Assembly: GCA_012841525.1 (NCBI GenBank)
Contig: DUUO01000015.1
Location: 18,924-82,923 of the forward strand
DNA: 64,000 nucleotides
From: Clostridiales bacterium
GTDB taxonomy: Bacteria > Bacillota > Clostridia > Christensenellales > DTU072
Direction of reading: 5' to 3'
Below the pieces are notes generated by a model, which did no database searches, was not told the DNA's origin, and worked only from the letters and a program-made list of their open reading frames with translations. A program made the translations under genes and the position numbers. This document shows positions 46,692-57,000 of the stretch, in pieces (positions within the stretch are counted from its first letter, which is position 1; each line of letters opens with the position of its first letter).

Positions 46692-49600
46692 ATTAGAAAG
46701 TGTAAACTCATATTTTTTAGATTCAATAATCATTTTTTCATCGTTAGAATTTAATTCATAAATTATATAATTATTACCGAAAACAATGTAGTAATTTCCA
46801 GGATCTACATCATTTAAGTTAGTGATTTCATTACCGTTATAACTAAATAATTTATATTCAACTCTATTAATTGGAGTTGCACCTTCTGTAATATCAAAAC
46901 TACGATTGGCACTAGTCCATAATGTTTGTATATCTGAAACATTAATTTCTTTAGGCTTAATTTTGAAAAGCGAAGGAGCAATTACAAAATCATAATACAT
47001 ATTATCGTTTTCTTCGCTAGATGATGTATCTATTCTCAATAAATATTCACCTACATTTTCACCTTCTTCTCTTACAATATTAAAACTAATTACATCACCT
47101 TCAAGCGGTAAATCTTGACTCAAAATACAATTTTTAAACATAGGATCAGCTGATCTATAAAATTTTTGCTTACCAGCATCAGTTAGTGAAACAATAATCT
47201 TTCGTCTTTGGATTAATAACTTGTGTGTTGTTGTTGTTAAATTATTGTAATATGAATTTTGATGGATAATAACTTTTACAGTATATTCTCCAGGAGTTAA
47301 TGGAATGTTAGTCGTCCAAATATCATTGACCAAAAATTCCAAACTATATTCTGGCAAAGCAAATTGTTCTATTTTGTTAATTTTCACCTCAATATGTGGC
47401 TCAACACCATAATCAACAATTAGTCCAAGTACATTGAAGGTGGGGTTTATTTTTCTGTATGTATAAACTTCTAGTTCCGCTTTTATTTCTGGAGCTTCAT
47501 TTATAAATCCAATGTATACAATTTGTGTAGTTCTTTCGGCAGGTATTGTTATGTCTTTATCATAACCATAAACATTTAAGAAAGAGGAAGTTAACTCAGT
47601 TACTACCCTATATGTCTTATCTCCAAAACTATAACTAAGTTCACATAAACCGCCTAATAGGTTAATATCTTCACCTTCTATAAAAGATTTGTTATTTGGT
47701 TGCATAAAAACATCCATACTATCTAAATTAATATCTTTGCTAATTAATACTTTAATTTTTGTTTCTTTTCCCGCATAAAAAACTTTTGATTCATGAATTA
47801 AATTTGTTTCATCTTCTGGGAATGAAATTTCAAACCATTCTTCAATGTCGAAATATTGTGCTTTAAGTTCAACATATTCAAAAGTATCGTTGCTATAATT
47901 GACCTTAAGTTTTAATGTTTTCAAGACATCAATGAGATCTCCAGTATTAGAATCTACTTCTTTTTTCAAATATCTTGTATTCAAAATTGATTTGTGTTTT
48001 ACTGGTATTACCTTTTGTTCATTGTAATTAATCAAAAAATCTTTATTATCTATATAATCTTCTTCAAATTCTATAGAATCAACAACTTTATCCCCAACAA
48101 CGATTTTATATTGAGTAGTTCTTTCAGTTGACAAAGATGGTTGATAAATAATAGTAATTATTTGCTCACCTAAACTTGTAGAATTAAAGCCTTCAATTCT
48201 CCATGTATTTTGATCAGCAAAATTATTCGCACCTTTTGTTATGCTAACCTTTCCCTCATTATCTATTTTAGCTACGACTAAACCCTCAATAGAAAATTCT
48301 TCACCTAAATAATAATAAGTTTTTGGTAATTGCATTACCTCTATACCTTTTATGTTTTGTGATTTAAAATAAAGATGCATTTTTTTAACAATTCCATAAT
48401 ATCTAATTGAAAGTTCAATGTTTCCAGATTTTAAAACTGGATTTTGTTCATCAAGATTTAAATTGTTCTTTCTCGTTTGATATAGATTTTTTGGTGTTAA
48501 TTGTTCAGGAGCCTCATAATTAGCACTTCCTTCTATTTTTCTTCTAGCATAATATTTTGAAATACTAAAAGAACTAGTTGATTCAAAAATTAGTTGTTCT
48601 TCCATGTTTAATGGGGCAAATTCACCCTCTGCCATTGTTCCAATTTCAAAATCAACAATTTTTTCAGGACCAACATTAAATTCATACTCAACATAAAAAG
48701 GAAAATCTATGCTTGAATGCATTATTTCTATTTGTGCTATGTATTTCCCAACTTCGAAAGTTTCAACAGGAATAGATGCACTATTAAAATATGTAATCAT
48801 TGAAGTATGTATATAAACTCTATTTAAATATGTTGAACCACTGTTAGCAAAAAAGCTAACAAACCCTCCATCAACAATTGGTTTTGAATCTGGTGAATTT
48901 TCGATTTCAGTCTTTGTTTGATAAGTTTTTTCAGGTTCTTTAATATAAATACTATCTTCAATAACTAACCTTGGATAAACATTTACACTTACATTAACAC
49001 TTAATTCTGAGATACTATAAGTAATGTTTTGAACTGTCACTTCATTTTCTGAAAGACTTGGATCTATTTGTAATAATAGCGATGATTCAACACTTAAACC
49101 ATCACTAACTCTGGTCCAATTCTCATGTTGTTTTTCTATTGGAACATCTTGAACATTTGGATGTTTATACAAACCATTATTATACAAAACATTATATCGG
49201 AGTAGACTATCGTCAAATCTTTGACCATTATAGTATTTTTTGTCTAAAACATTTATTTTCTCACCATAACCATCATCTACACTTAAACCTACCACCTCTA
49301 ATTTAGATGGAGTTTTAGGAACAACATTTATATCAAATGATAATATCTCTGCTGAGTTTTTATATCTAACAAATATTTTTTCATCACTTTGCTTAAATCT
49401 ATATGTTGCCTTATCAATGGCCCTATTTGCAGCTTCATTTTGATTAATTGAAACATAAAGATCAACAAGTGAACTATCTAATGAAACTTCATCTTCTTCT
49501 CCATCATCATATTTTATATTAATTTTTCCACTTGATGCATCAATTCGTACACCTTCTGGAATTGGATTTGAAAAAGAATATGTAATTTCTGTTCCATCCA

Positions 49601-50537
49601 AATTGACAGGTTGCGATTTAATTGAACTAAAGTCTACTATAGATACGCTTTCAATTCGAGGATTAAAAACTCTACAGAAAATTGTTTGCTTTGCATTTTT
49701 ATATTTAACAATTACTGGATAGTGAGAATCGCTTTTTTTGAAAAAAGTATCTTCTGATGAAGAGTCGCCATATGCAAAAGAAAACCCTTCTGGAAAATCA
49801 TCATAACTTATTAATTCGCTTGTTCTATTATTATATTCAACAAAAATCTTCAACCCAGTAGGATCAAAAACATCTCCGACAATGTAGTCTTTTTTATTTG
49901 GTAGATTCTCTTGCCCAATTGTAATTTTAGAAATACTTTTTTCTAAAATTGTTATTGGTAATGCAACCTTTTTATTGTAATAAGTTATATAAATTGTGTG
50001 CTCACCAGGTTCTAATCGATTGCTATATCCTTCCGTATTTATTTCTCTCAATCCATCCACCATTGAATATTCATTGGTACCTTCATATCTTACTTTCAAT
50101 ACTAACCCCGTTAAATCAAGTTCTTCTTGTTGTCCTTCAATTGCAACAAATGGATCTGGCAAAGATACAATCTCTATATCAGCAATCATTGGTTTTACAT
50201 ATTCAACCAAAAATTTTGTTTGTGCTCCTTCGTAGGTAACAAAAATTTCAACAATACCTAATTTTTCTCTAGAGTAGTCTGAAATCATATCAGCAGTAAT
50301 AGGTATATTTTTCTCAATAATACCCGATTTTCTTACTGCCGTAAGTTTAATGTCTTCTAAATCTACAGCACTGCCAAGATTTACTTTGTATCTATTGAAA
50401 TCTTGAACATACAATGTTTCAACGGTATCTTCTCCAGTTATAGAACTACAAGAAGATAAAGTTAATGAAAGCAAAATTGCTGTTAAAACTAACATCAATG
50501 AAATCAAAATTATTAACTTTTTGTTTTTCTTTTTCAT
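46689..50537 (-). CDS. large (1282 aa) surface lipoprotein with Big_3-like Ig modules and one C-terminal MBG-like module; N-terminal paralogue of the 4118-aa protein
   Basis: Lipoprotein signal KKLIILISLMLVLTAILLSLTLSSC. Repeated modules include IPITADMISDYSREKLGIVEIFVTYEG and LVLKVRYEGTNEY...GYSNRLEPGEHTIYITY. The MBG module is LPLEGDVISFNIVREEGENVGEYLLRI. Confidence 0.8.
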   Translation of the reverse strand: MKKKNKKLIILISLMLVLTAILLSLTLSSCSSITGEDTVETLYVQDFNRYKVNLGSAVDLEDIKLTAVRKSGIIEKNIPITADMISDYSREKLGIVEIFVTYEGAQTKFLVEYVKPMIADIEIVSLPDPFVAIEGQQEELDLTGLVLKVRYEGTNEYSMVDGLREINTEGYSNRLEPGEHTIYITYYNKKVALPITILEKSISKITIGQENLPNKKDYIVGDVFDPTGLKIFVEYNNRTSELISYDDFPEGFSFAYGDSSSEDTFFKKSDSHYPVIVKYKNAKQTIFCRVFNPRIESVSIVDFSSIKSQPVNLDGTEITYSFSNPIPEGVRIDASSGKINIKYDDGEEDEVSLDSSLVDLYVSINQNEAANRAIDKATYRFKQSDEKIFVRYKNSAEILSFDINVVPKTPSKLEVVGLSVDDGYGEKINVLDKKYYNGQRFDDSLLRYNVLYNNGLYKHPNVQDVPIEKQHENWTRVSDGLSVESSLLLQIDPSLSENEVTVQNITYSISELSVNVSVNVYPRLVIEDSIYIKEPEKTYQTKTEIENSPDSKPIVDGGFVSFFANSGSTYLNRVYIHTSMITYFNSASIPVETFEVGKYIAQIEIMHSSIDFPFYVEYEFNVGPEKIVDFEIGTMAEGEFAPLNMEEQLIFESTSSFSISKYYARRKIEGSANYEAPEQLTPKNLYQTRKNNLNLDEQNPVLKSGNIELSIRYYGIVKKMHLYFKSQNIKGIEVMQLPKTYYYLGEEFSIEGLVVAKIDNEGKVSITKGANNFADQNTWRIEGFNSTSLGEQIITIIYQPSLSTERTTQYKIVVGDKVVDSIEFEEDYIDNKDFLINYNEQKVIPVKHKSILNTRYLKKEVDSNTGDLIDVLKTLKLKVNYSNDTFEYVELKAQYFDIEEWFEISFPEDETNLIHESKVFYAGKETKIKVLISKDINLDSMDVFMQPNNKSFIEGEDINLLGGLCELSYSFGDKTYRVVTELTSSFLNVYGYDKDITIPAERTTQIVYIGFINEAPEIKAELEVYTYRKINPTFNVLGLIVDYGVEPHIEVKINKIEQFALPEYSLEFLVNDIWTTNIPLTPGEYTVKVIIHQNSYYNNLTTTTHKLLIQRRKIIVSLTDAGKQKFYRSADPMFKNCILSQDLPLEGDVISFNIVREEGENVGEYLLRIDTSSSEENDNMYYDFVIAPSLFKIKPKEINVSDIQTLWTSANRSFDITEGATPINRVEYKLFSYNGNEITNLNDVDPGNYYIVFGNNYIIYELNSNDEKMIIESKKYEFTLSN

Positions 50538-50736
50538 AATTTACACACAATATATTTTTGTTACCTTATTGCTTACATCTTTTAATTTCTAGAATTTTAT
50601 CTAGTTTACTTTAAGGTAGTCAGTTTTTATCTTACATATTATTCTAACATTTTTTATGCATTATATGTTTTACAACATTTTTTGTTTAATAAATTCACAT
50701 TGTTGCATTTTTTCACTATCTAAAAATTGCATTTCA

Positions 50737-52341
50737 TTATTTTGACATTTTTTCTCTTCTATATTTTTGAGCCTTATCATATTCAAAATGAGCATTTTTA
50801 AGACTAAATTTCATTGACGCTGGATGAGCCTTAAGTTTGCAACTGTCAACCAGTTCTAAAGGACAATATATTTTCCCCATGTATTCCAATGTAGGAATAA
50901 AATCGTCAACTCTCTTCCTAAAATTCATATAATCTTTTTCTTCCTCTGGAGTCCAAGCAACTTCACTAAAAGCAAATAATCTTGGATACATTTGAAATTG
51001 CAATCTCTCCAAACTAAAAATCCATTCAGTCCATAATGCACACTCAACGCCTAATATTCCTTGACAATCTTTTAATCCATATTTTTCATGACTATATTCA
51101 TAAGTCGTTTTTAGATTATTTTGAAGATATGTCATATCAAAGTAAAAAGCTTGATGCTTGCTAATTATTGCTTCTCCACCAGATTCTAAATGTTCTAAAA
51201 CTCTTTTATCGTTGTGATATGTCCAATATTGAACAACAATTGAACTATCAAGTTTTTTTGATTTTAAAATTTCATTCCAACCAATTAATTTTTTGTTTTT
51301 TCGTTTTAAGTAAACTGCTAACTTATTGTTGACATAACCTTGCAAATCTTCCTCTCCAGAAAGATTTTCTCTTTTTATAACCTCTTGACAACATGGGCAT
51401 TTTTTCCATTTAGCCTTTGGTACTTCATCGCCGCCAATATGAAAATATGGAGCGTCAAAAAGTTCAGAAAGTTCATCTATAACATCATACATAAACTCAT
51501 AAGTACTTTCTTTGCCTGCACAAGCAATAACTTTTGCAAATTCAAAATGTACTGGCGATACTTCAATTTGCTTACCTTCACAACTTAATTCTGGATATGA
51601 GGCTATTGCCGCTACAAAATGAGCAGGAAAATCAATTTCAGGTACTATCATAATGTTTCTTTCTTTTGCATATGCTACAATATCTTTTATTTCTTCTTGG
51701 GTATAAAATCCTTCATGTGGCGTGTTGTCAACTGCTTTTAAATTGCGCCAAGCTATGTTTTGGGTTCCTCGTCTATAGGAACCAATTTTAGTGAGTTTGG
51801 GATATTTTTTTATCTCTATTCTCCAACCAACATTATCTGTTAAATGCCAATGAAAAACATTTAACTTAAACATAGCCATCATATCTAAAAGCTCTTTAAC
51901 AACAGTAGGACCGAAAAACCACCTGCTTTCATCTAGCATAAGACCTCGCCATTTATTTGCTGGCAAATCTTTTATATATACCGAATGCATGCTAAGACTA
52001 TCTGCATTATTTAATATGTCAATTTTTGTCAATTGTCTGATGGACTGCACTGCATAAAAAGCTCCTGCTTTTGTTGAATGTTTTACTACCAAAGTATCAG
52101 GAGTACAATCTATAATATATTCTTCTTCGTCTAAATTTATATCAATGATAAATTTAATGCTGGCTTTTGTTTCATCATCTATTGTTTTCACATTGAAATT
52201 ACAATGTTTGTTAATTAATTCATTAAATGTCTTAACAGCAAATGTTGCTTTTTCATTTGCATAAATTTTTGTATCATTATTGATAAAAAACTCACCGTAT
52301 CTTGTCTCAAATTTTGCGGGCTTTGGTATTAATTTTATCAT
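50737..52341 (-). CDS. GH20 beta-N-acetylhexosaminidase with no signal peptide
   Basis: Motifs FHWHLTDNVGWRIEIKKYPKL and HIGGDE (catalytic D-E pair). The start is trimmed from a TTG at 52347 to the ATG at 52341, which follows AAGGAG. The N-terminus MIKLIPKPAKFETRYGEF is not hydrophobic. Confidence 0.88.
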   Translation of the reverse strand: MIKLIPKPAKFETRYGEFFINNDTKIYANEKATFAVKTFNELINKHCNFNVKTIDDETKASIKFIIDINLDEEEYIIDCTPDTLVVKHSTKAGAFYAVQSIRQLTKIDILNNADSLSMHSVYIKDLPANKWRGLMLDESRWFFGPTVVKELLDMMAMFKLNVFHWHLTDNVGWRIEIKKYPKLTKIGSYRRGTQNIAWRNLKAVDNTPHEGFYTQEEIKDIVAYAKERNIMIVPEIDFPAHFVAAIASYPELSCEGKQIEVSPVHFEFAKVIACAGKESTYEFMYDVIDELSELFDAPYFHIGGDEVPKAKWKKCPCCQEVIKRENLSGEEDLQGYVNNKLAVYLKRKNKKLIGWNEILKSKKLDSSIVVQYWTYHNDKRVLEHLESGGEAIISKHQAFYFDMTYLQNNLKTTYEYSHEKYGLKDCQGILGVECALWTEWIFSLERLQFQMYPRLFAFSEVAWTPEEEKDYMNFRKRVDDFIPTLEYMGKIYCPLELVDSCKLKAHPASMKFSLKNAHFEYDKAQKYRREKMSK

Positions 52342-52548
52342 TCTCAATTCTCCTTTGCATGTATTAACCTATTTTATATTTTTCTGAACTTAATATGTTC
52401 TTTTATTATATTTTATTCTCTTGATATCAATAATAGCCTTATATTATATTTAATATTTTTCCGAGCTGATATTAATGTCTATAATGTTTTTATTTTCTCC
52501 GTTGATTCTTAACTATTATATAAGTTGCTCCTTTTCGTGAATATTATG

Positions 52549-53916
52549 TTATTTCCTTTTTCTTAACTCAACATAATCTTTTCTATGTGCTACTGTTTTA
52601 TATGCGGGCCTAATTATTTTCCCTGCATTTGAAAGCTCTTCTATTCTATGAGCAGACCAACCAGAAATACGAGATATTGCAAAAACAGGTGTATATAACT
52701 CTATTGGAAGTCCTAACAATTTATAAATAAAACCTGAATAAAAGTCTATATTTACGCAAACACCTTTATATATATTACGTTTTTCTGCAATAACTTCTGG
52801 TGCAAGAGTTTCTACTAATTTATATAATTCATATTCTTCTTCATAACCTTTTTCAATTGCTAATGGTTTTACAAAACCTTTAAGTATTCTTGCTCTTGGA
52901 TCGTTTTTAGAATAAATAGCGTGTCCCATTCCATAAATTAATCCTTTTTTATCAAAAGCTTTTTTATCTAATATTTTCGCTAAATAATCCCTTACTTCAC
53001 CTTCAGTTCTATTTGGAGCATGTTTTGCAAGATCTTCCATCATTTTTACAACTTGTGCATTAGCACCACCATGTCTTGGCCCTTTCAAAGAACCCAGCGA
53101 TGCGGCCATTGCAGAATATGAATCTGTTCCAGAACTTGTAACTAAATGGGTTGCAAATGTAGAGTTATTACCACCACCGTGTTCTGCATGTAAAACTAAA
53201 CATAAGTCTAATAATTTTGCTTCTAATTCACTATATTCACTATCTGGTCTCAATAAATGCAAAACATTTTCCGCTGTGCTTTTATTTACATCTGGCTGAT
53301 GAATAATTAAAGTTCCATCATCAAAATAATGCTTATAAACTTGATATCCATAAACTGATAGCAATGGAAATCTAGATATTAATTTGAGTTGCTGTTGCAA
53401 TACATTTGCAATAGAAATATCATCTGGATTTGAATCATATGCATACAATGTCAAGACACTTCTTGCTAAAACATTCATCATGTCTACTGATGGCCTTTTC
53501 ATTATGACATCTCTTACAAAACTTAGTGGTAAGTCTCTAAATTCTCCTAAAATTTGATTAAATTCTGCAAGCTCTTTTTTTGTCGGTAACTTGCCAAACA
53601 AAAGCAAATATGTTGTCTCTTCAAAGCCAAATCTATTGTCCTTTACAAAACCAGAAACAATATCATAAATTGAATATCCGCGATAATATAATTCTCCATC
53701 GGCAGGAGCTTCATTTCCATTTTTATCAATACTTTTTGCTTTAATTTCAGATATTTCGGTTAGACCTACAAGCACACCTTTACCTGATAAATCTCTAAGT
53801 CCCCTTTTGCAATCATATTTATCATATAAGCTAGAATCAATCATTGTGCTTTTTTCTGCAACTTTTGATAATTCTTTAATTTTATTGCTTAGGTTTGCGT
53901 TTAATTTTTTATCCAT
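52549..53916 (-). CDS. gltA: citrate synthase
   Basis: 455 aa with LHAEHGGGNNSTF, GPRHGGANAQV and the GMGHAIY-type motif GLIYGMGHAIYS. RBS GGAGGAG. Confidence 0.9.
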   Translation of the reverse strand: MDKKLNANLSNKIKELSKVAEKSTMIDSSLYDKYDCKRGLRDLSGKGVLVGLTEISEIKAKSIDKNGNEAPADGELYYRGYSIYDIVSGFVKDNRFGFEETTYLLLFGKLPTKKELAEFNQILGEFRDLPLSFVRDVIMKRPSVDMMNVLARSVLTLYAYDSNPDDISIANVLQQQLKLISRFPLLSVYGYQVYKHYFDDGTLIIHQPDVNKSTAENVLHLLRPDSEYSELEAKLLDLCLVLHAEHGGGNNSTFATHLVTSSGTDSYSAMAASLGSLKGPRHGGANAQVVKMMEDLAKHAPNRTEGEVRDYLAKILDKKAFDKKGLIYGMGHAIYSKNDPRARILKGFVKPLAIEKGYEEEYELYKLVETLAPEVIAEKRNIYKGVCVNIDFYSGFIYKLLGLPIELYTPVFAISRISGWSAHRIEELSNAGKIIRPAYKTVAHRKDYVELRKRK

Positions 53917-54087
53917 TTCTCCTCCGTGCTTTTTGTATTAGTATGTTCTTATAATCTTATTTTTTCATTATGAATTTCAAATTATTAAAATTCATTTGTT
54001 AAATTTCGTTTTGCTTATAATTACTATAATAAGCAATATATTGTAATCTTCACTTAATTGATTATCTTTTAGGCAAGCTAGTTTTTA

Positions 54088-57000
54088 TTATTTTTCATAA
54101 ACCTGCCTAAACTTAACATATTGTTTTTCTTTTTTCTTTTTAACAGCCATTTTAATGATGATAGATAATATAATTATTATGGCCATTCCTGCTAAAGCAA
54201 TTCCAGCATACATTAGATATGGTGGTTTATCTTCAACAAAAACTACATATTCAATATTTTCTCCTTCAACTATTATTTGTCCATTTTCTACTGTTGCATT
54301 TACATATGAGACATTATTATTTATATCTACAATCATCAACATAACATTTTCTAAATCTGCATATTCTTCTGTTGCTTCGAAAATTATTTTATCAGCACCT
54401 ATCATTTGTTGAACTTCTTTATCTTTTTCTCCTTTAACTTGCAAAACCATTTTTGCTTTTTTATTTGAAAAATCTTTGTTAGTTTTTGATAATGCTTTGA
54501 TTTGTGAATTTGTTTGAGAAAGTCTTTTTTGGTCTGTTGTTTCTTTTAAACTTATAGTAATTTCTGGGTTATAATTTCCATAAAACACAGCTTTTATACT
54601 ATCTTCATCTTCACTATCTGATGACATTTCATGTCTATTAACAATAATGTTACCTGCTATGTAATTGAATTTATAGTTTGTAGATTCTCCTCCAGACGGT
54701 TTGACAGTAGAAGAATACACTCCAGGCTTTGTTGGTAGTATACACGTTGGAACTTTTTCTAAATTGGTTTCATTTTCGCCATTAATAAAGCCAATATACT
54801 CAATATTACCCTTTTCTGGGACTTCATTATCTTTGTACGTCATATCTAATAATTTTACTTCTAGATTTACTTTTCCTATGGTAATTTGCGTACTCTCCAT
54901 TATTTTTTCTTGATTACCAGATTTAAAGTAATAATTATGCCCTTTGAGTTTTATCGAAATGTTGTAAGTGCCAGCATTTTTTAGCTCTCCAGAAACAATA
55001 ATTTCAAAGTTGTCGTCTGAAATTTCCTCATCATATTCTTTTCCTTTTATCAATAATGAAGTAACTTCTCCTATACCATAAGTTCTTCCTCGATAAACTA
55101 AATTAGGAACATTTGTAAATTCTGCTATTGCTTCTCTTTTTTGTGGTTTTATAGTTACATCAAATTCAGTTACAGCCTCATAGCTTGATAATGCCCTATA
55201 TTCAGAAGAATCTATTCTAAACTCCATAGTTCTAGAAAGCGTTTCTGAATTTTTGAAATCAAGCTCTTGAGATAAAGCACTTTCAGTCCATTTAACTTCG
55301 CCACTCACTGTTACTTCTTCCCAAGAACTAGTAGATGCATCATATGTTTTCACATAAAATTTAGCAGTTATATTATCAATCTCATCATTACTTAGATTTG
55401 TTAAAACTGGTTTTTCTATAGGCTCTAAATCTTTAATTATTACATATGCCTTTTTAATGAATAATTTGCTATCGGAAGTCGTAACGAAATTAACAACGTA
55501 GTTTTCACAATTTATAGATAAATCATTTGCTAAATAATATGTATATCCCTCAATTCTTACTGATTCACCACTTGCTCTTTCCAGTTCATATGTAAATTCG
55601 AAATCACTAACTTTGTCTTGATATTTGAAACCAGTTACAGTAAACTCGGGCACTGGATCTTCTGCACCATAATTTTTTTCTGCCCTAACAAATGAAAATG
55701 TCAAATTAGCAGGGTTAATAATATATTTATGACCTTTTGTATCTAATGTTACGTTAAGATTTGGATTGCTCTCTAATAAATTTCCAATTTCAATATCATA
55801 CTCACCAACATTTATACCTTCTTGGCGTGAAAGTGTTCCTACTATTTCTATATCTAAGTCTTCTACATTTAAATCTTCATCACCTATTTTAGTAAATGCA
55901 GTATATGAAATTTCTATGTCTTCTCCATAAGTAGTTTCAATATTTTCTAAAATGTTAATTGTAACATCTCTTTTAACTATTGCAAGATTTGAAAAAACTA
56001 CTTCATTTTGAAATTCCACAACATTTGATGTAGCGCTATCTGCTATAATTCTTAACCTATATTGTCCAATATCATATTTGTTATTGATATCTAACGGTGA
56101 AAACACATTTTCATTTGCTTTTGAAATCCTAATTGATGGTGCAACAAAGCCAATTGGTAACTCTGTAAAACCTTCAACTGAAAATTTTGGCTCTATTATT
56201 TGTCCATATTTAATTTCCAAATCTTCAATTTTTAATATTGCACTAGATTTTGACACTTCCAATAAAAATGGCTCAGAAGTAACAGGAAAATAATTATCAT
56301 CGCCTTCTCTTTTTGCAGTAACAACAAAAATTCCGAATTTTGTTATATAAAGTGTGCCGTCTTCTAAAATTTCGCCTTCTGCAGTATTTCTTTCATCCTC
56401 TTCATTGATACTGTAAATAAAATTCCCTATGAAGCCACCTTCTGCTTCAAAAATATAACTTTCATTAATATTATATGAATATTGATTTGAAGAAATAATA
56501 TTAACAGCACCTTGATTTGCTTTACTTACAACAATTTCTCGATTTAAACTTGTTGAAAGAACCAAATATTTACAAGTATTATTGTTTTCATCTAGAGTAT
56601 AATTTTCATCTTCAAAGTCAATTGCTTCGATTAAATATGTACCTGCATCTTTTATTGCATCAACAATTTCATCATTTAATTTTATTGTATACAAAACTTC
56701 TTTTTCATTGCCCAACTTTATTTCGGCACCATTTCGATCAACATATTTTGGAATTAATTTCAATTTTACTTCCTTAACATTTTCATCATAAATTAAATTA
56801 TCAGCATTAAAATATTCGATCTCAACTTTTCGTTTCTCTATGGTTGTTACAACGTCGCCTGAAAATTCTTCAGTATCTCCAGTTTGCTCTGTAAAGATTA
56901 TATCGAAATATGATTCTTTACTCTCATCTACAAAAGAAACTTCAACCTTAAATGTCCCTGGCATACTAATATTGATACTTTCGCCAGTAATTCTTGTATA

